Source of the DNA: Eledone cirrhosa
Lineage: Eukaryota
Direction: 5' to 3'
Length of the DNA stretch: 64,000 bases
NCBI GenBank assembly: GCA_964016885.1
Contig: OZ024746.1
Location: forward strand, 41,106,001-41,170,000
Made by a program: the position numbers and the translations under genes. Position 1 is the first letter of the stretch, and each line of letters starts with the position of its first letter. Under the pieces are notes generated by a model that saw only the letters and a program-made list of their open reading frames with translations, was not told the origin of the DNA and made no database searches. This document shows positions 36,107 to 52,056 of the stretch, piece after piece.

Positions 36107-39100
36107 AATGCCAATGTCTGCCAAAAAAAAGTTTTTTGGGGGATAACAATCACATTAACTGAGGAATAGGTGATAAAATGGAGGAGGAGGGAGGACAGTT
36201 TATATATGCCATCTAAATGGCTTATAGATGGGAGTTGGATTTTTACCCATTTCTCAGACATAAAACAGTGGGTAGTCTGCTTATATTTGAGTATAATAAG
36301 TAGTACTACTAGGGTCATTAATTCCTTTTTCTCACTGATTCTCTCCTTCTTTGGAATAAATTCATGAGTGTGTCAGGTCTAGTTTGAACACAAACTTTCT
36401 TCCACCAGTCGTTGAGTCTTTGAAAAAGAGCATGATACTGCTTTTTCTTTCTGTGACCATACACAATACTTAGACTGGTTGATCCTAACTATTATCATGT
36501 GTCTTATTCTTGGATGTGACCAGAGTCTCAAACTGGCCTTTGAACTATCAACCTTTTTTATTTCTATATTAATTCTACATTGCCAATGTATTTCAATTAA
36601 TTTTGAAAATATATATATATATTTGGAGGAAGTTAAAATAACTAATTGTTTCATTAGTAAGCTCAATTTTAGAACATTACTTAATAAAAATTTCTTTAAA
36701 TTATTCTGGAAGGATTTAATATAAAGATGAACATATTAAAATGAGCAATTTTATATCATAAATACATGACAATTTCAGTTGGTTTGGTATCAGAAACATT
36801 AAAGCAATATTTTTATTCAATGAATAAAAATAATGTTAAGAGACTAAAATCTTGTATTCATAGGATAAAATTTTGATTTTAGTTAACTTTTTATTGAAAT
36901 TGTATTTTATACATGTCAATATAATGAAAGAAAACTAATGAAGTAAAACATTCAGTTCAACCCACATCTCGCATACAAATCTTTCTTGTTAACAGAGAAA
37001 CAGCTGATGCCACCTCTCCCTCCCATCACCACCTCTTGCCTGCAAGTAAAATTTCATTCAAATTTGAAACATACTATAAACTTTTGAATTATCAAACCCA
37101 TATTTAGATATTTTCTACTAAATAATTACTGGATCTTAAGAGTTAAGTGATTCTTTAACCTAATATTCACAGCTGGTAGGCTTTTGACCAAAGGTTTGCC
37201 CCAATGAGATCTCATCCTACATTTACTTCAAGACAATATGTATCTTTAACCCTTTAGCATTTAAACCGGCCAGAATTCTCTCACTTTTTTCTGTTCAAAC
37301 CAGTCATAATCAGCTGCTCATACCGATGTTAAGGTATTGTTCTCAAAATAAATAATATCAAAACCTCAGATTCATTATATGAGATATGTGAGAAAGCCTT
37401 TACTGTGAAAATACAATAGTAAATATAGAGTAATGTGAATGCTAAAAGGTTAATGTTTTGTAATATTTTGAAATACTGGAATGGACCTCTGCCAGTTTCC
37501 ATAATGAGTGTTCCACCTGTCTGATCAATGGAACTTCCTGCTCATGAAATTAATGTGTATGGGGTTGAGTGTTCCACAGACGTATGTACCCATTACATAA
37601 TTCTCAGGGAAATTCAGCATGACAAGAGTGCAACAAGGCTGGCCCTTTGAATTACAAGTACAGTTCATCTGATGGACTTTCAAACAGTTTCTATTCAATT
37701 TCAATCACAAGACGTAGGTTGACATGAGGCTATGGTAAATAGTACTTGTCCAAGATGCCAAGCAGAGGGATCGAACCCAGGACCTAATGAATGCAAAGTG
37801 AACCTCTTAACCATTCAGGCACGCTGCATCCAATTTAAAATACTATAAGTTAGTACTTTCTGCTAATTATTTATTCATCATGTAACAACACAAAAACAAA
37901 ATTGTGTTGATGGACTATTTCCAGACACCCAGGGTCTCAAAGTTGCTTTCTTCTTTATCTTATTTGTCCTGCTGTATTTTCTATTGTCTGTCTTTCCTGT
38001 ATTTTACAGATGACTACCTTATTTTTACAGTGACTGGTAACAGGAATGTCAATCTGTTCAGCTATTTAGTTTATTGATTGGCAACATTTTGGTGTGTGGT
38101 CAGTTTGTTGTTTTTATTCAAAACGCAATCCCAAAGAAACGAGGGGGGTGGTTTCATGAAAATGAATATAAAAGAATCAGATACAGCAGGGTTTACACAG
38201 TAGACTAGGTTAGTGCGGTACCTGTAGTATAAACGAGGGTTGGCTGAAAGGTTCATAGGTTGACCAAGATACTCTCATGGAATGACCACATGAGGTTTAT
38301 TTTTCAACAGTCCCTGGAAAAAAACAATTCAGTTAATAATAAGAGTTGAAATTAATGCAAGCAAGACTTCACAGCTCTAGTATCACTCCATAGTCAGCCT
38401 ATGAACTTTGCAACTAACTTTGTACAATAAAGGGGCTCAATTAAAAATAAGTATGGGTTGGCGTTAAGAAGGGCATCTTGTAGTATACTGCTTCAAAAAC
38501 AGCCTAGTCTAGCTCATGCAAAAAGTGGATGTAAAAATTATGCTGATGATGAATGTATGAAATGAATTGTGTATGAGTGACTTGAGAAAACAAGAAACAT
38601 CAGTATAATATATATTATGCACACTAAAATGGGTGCATTGGTGCCATGATAAAATGGTCTCAATTCATTCTGTAAAGTGGTAGAGCTGGTGCCACAATAA
38701 AAACGATCCACTCAGCCCTGTAGAGTTGTAGTGGTGGTGCCACAATAAAATGCACCCAGTAAACACTGAAGTGGTTAGCATTATAGGATAGATGGGCATC
38801 TAGCCATAGAAACCATGCCAAAATTGGAAGTAGGAACTAGATGTGATCACCCGACCACCAGATGATTTATATATCATGATCATTTTATGTTGATTTTTCT
38901 GCGTTGGAATGAGTTAGACGACTTGTTCTGTTGTGGACAATGTTAGGTCAGGTGATCATGTCTTGCTCATACTGAACTAATTTTGGCTTGGTTTCTACAG
39001 CTGGATGCCCTTCCTAACACCAACCTCATTTACAGTGAGAACTGGGTGCTTTTCATCGTGATACCTCCACAATCACTTTACAGTGTGGGCTGGGTACCTT

Positions 39101-39111
39101 TTACCATGTCA

Positions 39112-39158
<47 letters not shown>

Positions 39159-39313
39159 CATACACTATAAATCTATTTTTATTTTCTCCTTGCTCTGACT
39201 TGTCACCCTTCTACTCCACTAACACTTTCTACTTCTTCCCTTCTCTTATTCTCTACTGCTATAATTTTTCTACACTTTCATTTCACCTTGCAATACCAGT
39301 AAACATTTTATCT

Positions 39314-39346
39314 CTTTCTGATGAAGGGTTCTGCTTGAAACAGACT
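39314..39346 (+). ncRNA. Degenerate minimal hammerhead motif
   Basis: CTGATGA a gggt-tct-gctt GAAAC after a CT-rich tract next to (TA)n; the cleavage side has decayed. Confidence 0.4.
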
Positions 39347-41259
39347 TTTTTCCTTACACCAAATTTATTCCACTGTTTGAACACTTTAAAATTTTATTAT
39401 TACTTATTCAGAAGGAAAAAGCAATGCTCATAGCCGATTTCAGGGGCTCTAGGACAAGGAGGGAGACAGAAAGGTAGGCATCCTGAAACTGGAGATCTGG
39501 CCTGAATGATTGGAAATGAGTGGACTCTGTTAAAGGTACTTAAGAGAAAGGTGGTGATGTTAAACTAGGTGATTGATTAAGTCTACCATTCAAGTGGTTT
39601 TATTGTGGCACTATTATAAATAGGAGGCTTGTTTTAGATGATTTTCATGTCTATATTGGCAAAGAAAATGTAAAAACTGATGGTGACGATAACTCTGAAG
39701 TTTGTCTCAAGCCCAGAAGCTCATTAGATCAGTGTATATCTTGGTTTCCTTGGCGTTAAGCGATAGTACAAGACATGACACCAGTTCATCACAGGGTTAA
39801 ACTCTTAGCTACTACCGATATTCATTTTCAGCTGAGTAAGTAAACTGAAATGAAGTGCTTTGGTCAAGAACACAGCATAATTTGATCCAGGAATCGAACC
39901 TATGGCATAATTTTAAGTTCAACACCCTAACCACTAGGTCATGTGCCACCACTGTGATGATAATTGGATTATTGTATTTAGATGCTAAAAAGACAATATT
40001 TATTAACATTGTAATATTAGTTAGCCTAAGGCTTTATCTAGATTTGCATACTTTTATTACATAATTCACTCAATAATGTATCAATTAGGTTACCTAAATA
40101 ATTTTGTACTTTAAGACATCTAGCAGCTATTAGTCATTTAACTCACACTGTGAGCTTAAACATTGCAAGTGTTGGTTGCCTACCAGTGCATATGAACTTT
40201 AATGCACTGCTTGCACACTGATCTGTTAGCTCTATAGATGTTATTCAATATAATGATCTAGCAATGGATTAAGTTATGGTCTTTAAACAAAGCATTTACA
40301 AAAACTGATCATTCAATTATCATTTGCTCGTAAGAGTTTAGAACCAGATAACCTGATATATGTTGTCCAATAAGTTTTGGTTTGGAATACATGTAGCATA
40401 GAGGAACCCATTAATAATTCAGTATATTATTTACATAAAGAGATTAATATATCTCCTTTGGCTTTGATGATGAGGCTTCCAGTTGCTCAATCAACAGAAT
40501 GGTCTACTTATTAAATCAACATGCACGTGGCTGATTATTCAATAGTACATGTACACAATTTTCATAGGGATTCTGTGTCCTAGTGAGTGACAAGGCCACC
40601 CCTTTGAATTAGATGTACACTATCTAAGAAGATTCAAAACAGTTTCCGTCTATCTAATTTCATTCACAAGGCTTGAGGCAACCCAAGGGTATGGTAAAAG
40701 AGACCAAAGATGTCACAATGAGACTGAATCTAGCACTTCACAATTGTGAAATGAACACTTAACCATTTGGTTATGCTGGCTTCATATTATTTACACATAA
40801 TTGAAAAAGAAAGGGTTAACCTAGTGGTTAAGGGTGGTGGATTGGTAGAACATCAGACAACATTTTGTGTCAGAGTTATGGACCTTTATGTTCTGATGTC
40901 AAATCCTGCCAAGATTAGCTTTGCCTTTCATGCTTACGGGGATGATAAAATAAAGTACCAGTAACACACTGAGGTTGATTTAATTGACTTTCCTCTTCCC
41001 ACCAAAATTGTTGTCCTTGTGCCTAAATCAGAAACCATTATTTACATATGTTGCAATTTAAAATTTTTAATTTAGAATTCTACCAATAGTTAAACATCCT
41101 GCCAACTATAAAAAACTAAAAGTTAAAGTCAATATTAGTAAGTTTCTATTTATTATTGAGTCATTGTACTACCCTGTTGATGTTACAGTTTACGACTGCA
41201 CAGCTTTAGCAAATTTTCTATGTCATTGCATTTTATTGTAGGTTTCCTGGGTATTTTAA

Positions 41260-41456
41260 CCCTTTAATGCTCAAACCAGCCAGAATTCTCTACCTCTTTC
41301 TGTTGAAACTGGCTGTAACTGGTCGCTCAAAGTGATGTTAAGGTATTGTTCTCAAAATAAATACTTTCAAAATCTCAGATTTGATATTATGTGAGGTAAA
41401 GCCTTTACCATGAAAATATAATAGTATATATATAGAGTAATGTGAATGCTAAAGGG
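41260..41456. mobile_element. piggyBac-like MITE family (TTAA|CCCTTT...AAAGGG|TTAA)
   Basis: TTAA flanks and CCC/GGG termini; other copies at about 26691-26889, 31795, 37249-37449, 43450-43760, 45683-45882 and 47985-48170. Confidence 0.75.
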
Positions 41457-43535
41457 TTAATGAAAGGGGTCACAGTCCTAACATGTCACCATTTTCCTGA
41501 TGACAAGATGCAGTATTTGAACCCAGAATGCACAGAAACAACATATTTCTCTAACAACTTAGCCAAGTCACTACCCTGAACTGGCATCTTAGTTATAAAG
41601 GATGAAAGGGGAAGCTGACCTTAGCAGGATTTGAACTCAAAATAAAGAGAGAAGGTGTTTGGAAATTAAGCTTGGCTGAACTTTATTCTATAATTAGCTT
41701 TCTTATAATTCAATCTGAGTTATGTTCTGTCTGAAAATTTAGGCATTGTAACAGTTTTAACATACTATGAAGTAATGATTCTTTTGATGGAATATTTGGC
41801 TGCTCTGCTAGCAAGTCAAATGAATGACATGTTCTTTCACTGGCATGCTGAAAATCAGTAAGCTGCCTACAAGAATAGCTGAGAAGTTAAAGGTATGTAA
41901 TATAATGTAAAGTAGGCAGTACTTGATTCATATTTTATATGTTGGCAGGTTGTTGGCTCTAGAAAAAGCAAAATAGTTAGTCTACTCACTGGAGTGTGGC
42001 AAGAAAAGGAGAGAAATAAGCAACAAAAGGAAAATTTAAAACAAAAATATTCACAAAAAAAACAAAAAAAACCTAAAAAAATAACAAACCCAAAATAGTA
42101 AATGGAATGCACCAAGATGGAGAAGGAAAAGAAATCAAACCACATTGAATCAGTCTAAACCATATCAGAATGGTAAGTGGACATAAAAGATGAACATTGG
42201 TTACAAGCACTTAGAATTATATCTTTTCCTTCCACTCCCATAAAAACGATCTACAGTACATACATTTAAGTATATATAATAAAATATCACTTTTGATTTG
42301 GAAATAATAAATAAATCATTTAATAGAAAATGAATTATTGTTTTGTAAACAGTTTATTGGCTCAGGATATAATCACTGGCACTTATTTCGTTAAGCTTAC
42401 AGGATTAAAACTCAGACAAGTGCAACACCAAGCTCATTATCAAACTGTTTTCGTCAACCTTACTATTGTCTGTAGGAAACCTGATATTTTACGGAAGGAA
42501 GAAAATAGGAAGTTATTGTGTCCATGCCTATTTTCAAGGGCATTAGTGACAAGTGAAAGACGTCAACACATTGTTGACATGGTTTATATCAAACTATATC
42601 AAACAACTAGTTGGAATATAAATAATATATATTCAAAACCATGTTAGCAATTGCTAGATTAAATCCTTAAATTTAAGGGTGGCTATATTTAAGATCAACT
42701 TCAAAGTATTTTCTTTTCACAAGGTAAGGTGGTCATGTTAGTGACATGACAAAAAAGCACCCAGTCCACTCTGTAAAGTGGTCAAGGTGGTGACAAGAAA
42801 AAGCACTTGATCCACTTTGTAATGTGGTCGCACTGGTGACATGATGAAAAAGTACCCCGTCAGTTGGTCATTTTGGTACCATGATAAAAAGTACCCACTC
42901 CTCGCTGTAAATTTGGATGGCATTAGAAAGGGCATCAAGCCATAGAAACCAAGGCAGAAACAGTTCTGTATAAAGATGACACGGTCACATGACCTGACTT
43001 GTCTCAACGGGATAACTCCCCTAACCCTTGTTAGCATGGAAAATGGGACGTTAAACAGTGATGATGATGATAATGATGAAGGTAGAGAGAGGATCATATA
43101 ATAATATGTAGAGAAGCAGTTAGAAGATAATTTTAAGAAACAAATAAAACTATAGGTTATTGAGATAAGGAATTTACCAAATATAATCTATAGTCAAGTT
43201 ATATTTCATTGGAATTGCCCTTGCCAGCTTTGTTTGCCCTTCAGACTATCTGGCTTCACAAATAACTGACGTCCATTGTTATCTGTGTTGATCAAATAAG
43301 ATTTAACTTGAAACCAGCTCATGATCTATTGGTAGAAACTAAAGATATTGGGACCAGGGCTCAAAGTGATCTTTGCCTTAATGACTTGCAGTATGTCTAT
43401 TGTTGCATACTACCGTGTTTCAGCCAAATGGAGCAGAAGGTTAGATTAACCCTTTAGTATTTACATTACTCTATATATATATACTTGTTTCTACTTTAGG
43501 CACAAGGCCAGCAATTACCCAGTGCATTACTGGTA

Positions 43536-43570
<35 letters not shown>

Positions 43571-45473
43571 TATTGTATTTTTGTGGTAAAGGCGTTATCT
43601 TACATAATTATCTCACACAATATTGAATCCATGAAATTTTGATGTTATTTATTTTGAGAACAATACCTTAATAAAAGTATGAGCAGCCAGTTATGGTCAG
43701 TTTGAACAGAAAGAGGTGAGAGAATTCTGACCAGATATGACCAGTTTAAATTCTAAAGGGTGAATGGCAGCCTGAATGACAGTTTTGGAGAATGTCAAAC
43801 TAAATGGACAAAACAGCAATGTGGTTGGAGATCACATATTTGTACTTGAGCAGTGTGGTGAACAATGTTCTCACCAGGCAACTAGTTATCAATACCAACA
43901 ACTACCAGAGACCCAGTTTATAAGCATCAAATTGCACAGCTCTAGAGGAGAAGTGAAAATATGATGCCTGAAACAAATAGATTTATGTGGAGCACAATCT
44001 CACTTTGAGATGGCTGATACGAAAACTATCTGAATTTCTTTTATATAAATTAGGTGGATTCATTGCTTTAAACTTGAAGCCTGCTAGAACTGAGTAACAC
44101 TCCTGCAATAAACTGACATACTAAACTACAAGGAGAAATGTGACTCATTTATCACCTAGTTAAGAAAACCAAAAGAAAGAACCAGCTTTAGGCTGATCTC
44201 TCAGAAGCTTAGAAAAGAAAATCAAAGAATATATATCATCATTTTAAGTCCACTTTTCCTTACAGACATGGGTTGGATAGGTCGTTACAGACCAAGTCAG
44301 TATTTAATCAGAGATACTCCTCTTCTATGGGTTGGATGACCATATCTTGCTTAGATTTCAGTTTTGGCATGGTTTCTATAAGTGGATGCTCTTTCTAATG
44401 CTGACTACTTTATAGAGTGTACTATATTTATTTTATTATGGCTCCAGCACATGGGAGGTTGTCATGCCTTTGATATGAATGGTCTTCTCAACCCTTTTCT
44501 GGTATAGCTGCTATGGTTGGATGCCATTACAAATACCAACCACTTTACAGAGTGTACCGAGTGTATTTTATTGTAGCATTAACACTAGAGAGATTGTCAG
44601 GTCATTGACTGAAGAGGCCTTCTTACTCAATGTTACCACTTCACAAATTGTACTTTATAGTAGCACCAACACAACACTAAAGAGGTTTTGTTTCAAGACA
44701 AACTTGTTGGAGAGTTGTGTCTTGACACAAACTGAAGGGTTCTTTCAACTCCTAGTTTGGCAAGCTCTCTATGGCTGGATGCCCTTGCTAACACCACTAG
44801 CTGCATGCTAAATTCATGACTGTACTAATTGCCAACTCTTACCTTCCTAGTTACACCTCTGTACATAGCTTGTATAGCCTTTACAAACTATCCATCTACA
44901 CTCACCGATTCATGAATTATGTCTGTATATGTTTATAGCAGTTCTCAGTTTTGTGCATTGTAATTCCTATGATTACACCAGTTAGATTTCACTAAGATAA
45001 GGTCATGTACACACTCTACAAGTCATTCGTTCCCACAGAACATTAGTATAACAGTAAAACCATTGCTTGACAATATTTTCAATAATTAGATTTAAAGGTT
45101 AAGATTTTATAATTGGCATATAAGACAAACCTTTGTTTTAGCATAATTCTAGAGCACCATATTTAACAAATACAATAAATAAATTATTAGAAGTAGTTGG
45201 AGGTTTATCTACATTACTTCATAATCTTTCAATGAGTCACATAAAAAACACTGAGGGTGTCAGTTTACTGGACATAAGAGTAATAGATCATAACCTGTCA
45301 CGATTGTATTGTGTATATGAATGGTAAAAGGTATTAGTGACTGTTTCATAAACTTTCAGTAATGTTAAAATATTCAAATATTTCCTATGAGAAAATGAAA
45401 TGTTTCAATAGTATTATAATCCACAACCTAACATATTTCAATAACTATTCTTCTTGGAGTTATTGTAACATCA

Positions 45474-45660
45474 GGCGGTGGAATTGGCAGTATCAGTAGA
45501 GAGTCAGACACCATGCTTTGAAGCATAGAGTTACGTCCCTTTACGATCTGAGTTCAAATCCCGCCGAGGTTGACTTTGCCTTTCATCCTTACGGGGGTCG
45601 ATAAAATAAAGTACCAGTAATGTACTGGGTAATTGCTGGCCTTGTGCCTAAAATAGAAAC
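45474..45660 (+). mobile_element. Meta-domain-type SINE
   Basis: Box B gttcaaatc followed by ttgactttgcctttcatccttacgggggtcgataaaataaagtaccag; copies at about 1280-1420, 26900-27030, 40835-41035, 59748-59928, 60006-60178 and 62308-62462. Confidence 0.75.
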
Positions 45661-46378
45661 AGTTATTGTAACATCAGATTAACCCTTTAGCATTTAAACC
45701 GGCTGCATCCAGCCAGAATTCTCTCACCTTTTTCTGTTCAAACTGGCTGTAACCGGTTACTCATACTGATGTTAAGGTACTGTTCTCAAAATAAATAATA
45801 TCAAAATCTCAGAGATTTGATATTATGTGAGGTAAAGCCTTTACTGTGAAAATATAGTATATATAGAATAATGTAAATGGGTTTTTAAAAATTTAATCAA
45901 TTTAGTAATGTGTTCATCAGACATGACAATGGTGATTTATATTGTGCATTATGACAAATAAGTAGCAGAAATAGAGTTAGTGTACTACATTATGGTAAAG
46001 CACTTAAAATATTACGCTCTCTTCATCAAATACCTTGTTTCTTAATTGCTTTGTGTTAGGCAATGTAACGAGTTTATAATAGTCACCACTTATTTTTATA
46101 ATTATTTTGTTTCATACTACAGGAAACAAATGGTTTTGAATGGCAACTTATCTTGATTATCATCTTTGTCATTAGTCAATATACATGCATAGGTGCTAAG
46201 AACCCCCAAATTTATAAAGCAGACAAAATAAGGTTTATCCCACCCCTAAAAAAAAACAAAAAAACAAAACAAAAAAAAAACTGGTGAAATGGCAGTTTGC
46301 AAGAAGCTGTTGTAGTCCCGCAATTAATAGTGGTGGAGCTAGTGTTAATGGATACATTTTCATCAGATACATATGTCT

Positions 46379-46419
<41 letters not shown>

Positions 46420-47396
46420 ATTTTTTAAATTCATTATTGTCTATATTTATACACAAATATACAAATATTCACATGTGAATGACTTCACCTGCCTTGTTAA
46501 ACATTGGCAACTTATAATGCAGACCTAGGCAGCTGCTGGTTTTTTTTTTAAATCTTCCTATTTGCTGCCAACGTACAAGGTTCATGTAATGCCTATTCAA
46601 ATTGAATATTTGTAGTAATTATACTCAGTCTTATTTTCTGGTCTAAGAGAGCCTAATGAGGTTACCAACACAACCTCTCTTCTTTAAATTAATAATAAAA
46701 ATAAGTGTATTTTACATCTCACATTTTATCGGTACTGTTTATGTACAATTTCTTTTTTAATCAATAATGATGTCATAAGGGCCCTAGTAGTCTCATCAGA
46801 GATCACATTTCCTGCATATAAACAAAAAAGAGATGCAATTTGATGAAGTGAGGTTGCTATTTTGCAATGTTAATCTTCCATCTAATATACATCCGCATTC
46901 TGTTTTCTAAAATGATTTTAATAAAACTGCAGAAGACATGTTTTGCCAAATGCTTTACAACAGAGCCATCAATTTCCATTTAAGCAAGTTCAAATTTGTT
47001 TAATAAATCATCATCACTGTTTAATGTCTATTTTCCATGCTTGCATAGGTTAGATGGCAGGCATGTGAACAAATTGTTGTGAAAATTAGTTAGAGTAAAG
47101 GTTTTAATTTTATATGTGATGCAGTCTGAGTGCTGTTTTGTACTTTTCAAGAATGTCTTGGAAATGTAATTTCATGTGATACAGGATGTTAAGAGTTAAT
47201 GGTGACAAATTGATAAATCATCTGACATTCCAGATACTCATGGATTAAAAAACAAACTTAGCCAATGAGTAAAATATATACTTGAACAAAATGTTCATAT
47301 AAAATGACAAATAAATTTCATGAGACTATTAAAAAGTGGTGGGAAGGGCTTAATTTAATGAGTAAATAAGTAAAAATGTAACAAAAAAAAAAAAAA

Positions 47397-47460
47397 AAAA
47401 TTAATATCAACATACATACATGCAGGAAAATTAATATCAACATACATACATGCAGGAAAA
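47397..47460 (+). repeat. Exact 30-bp tandem duplication
   Basis: ttaatatcaacatacatacatgcaggaaaa twice. Confidence 0.95.
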
Positions 47461-49903
47461 CTAAGACCAAAATTAAAAATATCAGCTTCAACAACTATGT
47501 AATAGAAGTTTAACATAATTGCTAACAGAAATTTAAAACTTAAACAATGACAGATGCTTTCATTATGTTAAAAATTGTAAGTTAATCTATCCACTTGTTT
47601 AGTTTCCATTGTAAAATAAAAGATCTACTCTGATACCCCACTTGACTTTATCACTCAGATATCTTTGGACTCTTACTCTTTTCTGCTAGTTGGGATGACC
47701 AGTACCCTCTTTGATTGGATGCTCTGCTTGTTACTATTGTAAGTAGCAGTGGATACAGGATGGCTGAATGATTAAGTTAGCTTTGCAATTATTAGGTCCT
47801 AGATTTGATCTCACTCCATGTCTACTTGGGCAACTATCATTTATCATAGCCTTGGGTAGAGCAATGCTTTATGGGTGAAATTAGGCAGATGGAAACAATT
47901 TGGAAGCCTGTCAGATGGAGTGTATCTAATTTGAAAGGCCAGTTTTGTCACACTGAATCTTCCTTAGAATTTTAATTAAATCAACCTTTTAGCATTTACA
48001 TTACTCTATTTTATTTTCATGGTAAACATTTTATCTCACATAATATCAAATCTATGAGATTTTGATGATATTCATTTTAAGAACAATACCTTAACATCTG
48101 TATGAGTGGCCAGTTACGGCCGGTTTGAACAGAAAAAGGTGAGAGAATTCTGGCCGGATATGGTGGGTTTAAATATACAGGTCAGTGGAACGTTCAGCGA
48201 TTTACATGTTAATTTCATGAGCAGGTTGTCCTATTGATTGAACAACTGGAACACTAATTGTGGAAACCGTCAGAGTTCCATTTCATTCATTGCAAACTGT
48301 CCTCATAAATCTTAGGCAGTTTACCACATGATCTGGAGTATGGAAAATCTTGTCAAGATGCCAGCACTACTGGGTGGTTTTCTTATCACTTGGCAGAACC
48401 TTTTCAGTTTCTTTCTTATTATTTTGGTAATAGTGTATGTAATAAAGAACTTTTCTTATGGAAGTATTTCTGTGTGTTGTAATGAGACACTTAATACAGA
48501 CCATCACCACTTTAACGTCCATTTTTCCACGCTAGCATAGGTTAGACGAGTTGTCCCATTGTGACAAGCCAAATCAGATGACCATGTCTTGCTCAGATAG
48601 AACTGACCTTGGCTTGGTTTCTATGGCTAGAGGCTCTTCTTAACGTCAACCACATTTACAGTGTGTACTGGGTACTCTTTTTCAAGACACCTACACAACC
48701 ACTTTACAGTGTGGGCTGGTCTCTTTGCTGTGACACCTACATGACCACTTTATAGTGTGGATTGGTGAACACTATATTTCAGAAATTTCTGCTACCCATG
48801 TATCTTCAGATTTTAGATACCATGTTCCTAAGGCAGAGGTTGCAACTAAGAGAAGACGGGGTCATTATAGTCACTGGCTGATATACTATTGTGTTGTTTA
48901 GTCTTTCCAAATGTTGCAGATGTTAGTTTCACCTATCTGAGACAAAGGTGTATCCCATTCCTCACTATTTAAAAAAAACTATGATAAAATATACTGCAGC
49001 AAACTGGAAGTCATGATTTCTTTCTCTCATTCCCACCACTAGTCTTCAAGACCCTGAACAGATAAGGTCATAGGTATGGCTCTTTTTTCTCTCACCTAGC
49101 TAGAAAAACAAAATAATTTTCATTGCATCAATTAGAATACAAAAAAAAAAAAAAAAACCCTGAAAACATTTCATTATAACACTAGTAGACCTCATCATGC
49201 AATGGTTTATTGGTGAAATGAATTTATAGCTGCTTGGTTCTCAGTCAAAATTACTTTATTTCATCTATATTGTTGATGTCCTTTGCAAGCACTGAACTCT
49301 TCAACTTGAATAGTTCTTCGCGTAAAAATCTCACGCTTTAAGCTGATATAACCAAAACTATTATTCCTTCCTATTTACATACTTCAATTCATTTCTATTA
49401 ATAGGAAATAAATTAACTTTAAGACGTGGTATGAAAACGAGAAGCAATTTTATAATCTTTTTTTTCCCACATTTTATTGAGTGTGTCAAGGTATAAGCGT
49501 TATGTTTATAAACTCACCTCTCCTCCAGACAATTCTGTTTTCATGTCAATTTGTATGAATGAGTATACTACAAGACATTCATAGAAAAGTGACATACAAA
49601 TTGAACAATATACTTTTGTAAAGTGGTGAGATCACTAAGTTCAAGAAATGATAAAGCAAATTACAGTATTTGTATTCACACGCATGTTATGGTCACCTGT
49701 AACCCATGAGTCAGAACAGGTGGCCATAGAAGTAAAGTTTCTAAATTGACTGCGTTCACCCTGATGGAGAGACAAGGAAATCCAGGATACGTACGAGCTA
49801 GCGACCTGAAATATCTTCAATATTGGTCTAGGATTCACACCAAAAAAAAAAAAATTATGGCAGAGAAATAAATATCTGAATGTATACGTACGTGTGTGTA
49901 TGT

Positions 49904-49954
<51 letters not shown>

Positions 49955-52056
49955 TGTGACTTTATGACTCCGTAAAAACACTACATGAATGTGTGCAAAT
50001 GCATGTATAAATGAACGTCTACACACGAGTGTGATATATCTATGTATATGTGTCTGTAGAGGAATGTGTGTGAATGTGAATCTCACACATAGTTGGATAA
50101 CTTTTCTGAATCGATTTGTTATTCATTCATGAACGACAAACTTGTTTTTCATGTTTTGCTCAGAGAGAGAGGTGTGTGTGTATATATACACATGCACAGC
50201 TCACAGCGATAAAATAAAAATGTAAAAACCAAAAATAAACAAATAAAATGTACTGTGTCATTCTCTATTGAAATGATCCAGAGTTATGAATGGGATAATA
50301 TAATAGTTTATACGACCATGCTGTTGTCAAAAATAAAAGGTCTCTCAACAAGTTGTAAGAAAAGAAAACAAAAATATTTTGAATCATGAAAATATTGTCA
50401 TGTATGTATTATATGTATACAAACAAGTCATATAAATATATTTGTTTATAAACAGAAAGAGAAAGCAAGAAAAACAATTTTAGGATTAAAAAAAAAAAAA
50501 TCTAAGACGCTTATGTGTAATATCGCAATGCAATATAATTATAGTATTAATTTAATTTCATAAAATGCTAAATTCTTATTTGAGTATAGTCGACTTATAG
50601 CATTTGTTATCGTTTGGAGGGAGGCCAGACTAGTTGCATACATACAGACTCTTACTATCAACAATCAATAACTGCCAATTAATTTGGCAGTTGTCGGTAC
50701 AATAGTACTCAAGCAATCCCACTGCCACTATCTACCTACCCAAAAGGCGTACATAAATAAAGAGACCATATAAATTATCTTTATTTAAAACCCGAAACCA
50801 GCCATCATTTATAGTAAATTAAAAATAGGAAAAACATTGTACAAAATTTATTGTTAAACGACATTCAAACATTAAACGAAGCACCTATGGAGGCTATATG
50901 TTTCCAGGAAATGTTCAAATTAGTAATTCTTCGATTTCTACCCTCGGTTAACGGTGGGTGTCACACCAATTCTTACCAAAAACATTCGCGTCTATATATC
51001 AATATGTTACTGTTTATTCGTGACTCTTGAAGGATAAATAAATAGCTGACTACTCCGGCAGGACATGAACAGAAAAACGTAGTTTGTTAATATCCGTCAT
51101 TCTGTTACTAAATCATTGTTGCAGTCTAATTTTTTCTTTGTTATCTTTAAAACCACCGAGACCTACTTCAAAGTTTACACGATTACATATGAAAACAAAA
51201 GTAGTAAAACATATACACATACACGAAATCTAATGGGGTTATTTGGAATACGATATCAAAGTATAATACCGAACACCCCCCTCCCGACTCTCCCACGCAC
51301 TTCGTTCCTTCTCACATCGCATCATGACATGAGTGAATGTCTATAGCTACATAGACTCAACTTATACATAAAGGTTGCACATGTGTTACAATTGCATCAG
51401 GTAGTAACGAATCAGTATTACTATTTTAAAGTAACAACATTATCCTCGAATAAAGACGAAAGAGAAAAAAGAAAACAAATAAATCAACAATAGACAAAAC
51501 ATAGCAGACATTTCACCTTGCAAATATATTTTTCATTATTGTCATTATTATTATTATTACGAGCCAGCAAGGATTCGTCTTCGTAACCGCTCAAGCTGCT
51601 AGAAATAGCAGCAAAATTATTTTTAATATAGACACAAGACAACATATACTAGGAGAACGGTACAGTCAAGATAAAAATCGCTCGACAGCAAGATTTGAAC
51701 TCTGGACGTATTTTACTTAATTACTATTATCCATAATATTATCTCATGCTTAATTATCAAGTATATTAGTTTCTCTTTAAAAAAATAAATAAATAAAATT
51801 AATGAACTTTTTGAAATTAATCTCCAGGCACACAGCGAAAATTTCCCGGTCAGAGTAGCGAAAATGTCGGTACCACAGGTAAACAAGTCATTCACAATCT
51901 GAAGATGTTGTCTGCTAAAATTTTATTATAATTTGAAGAAAATGTGTCACGGCGAAGACTTTAGACATGTATAACCACATATATCGATCAATTATATATC
52001 GTTACATATTTATAAACAAGAAACAAGCAAATAATTTTCCTTTTTGTTAAAAATTG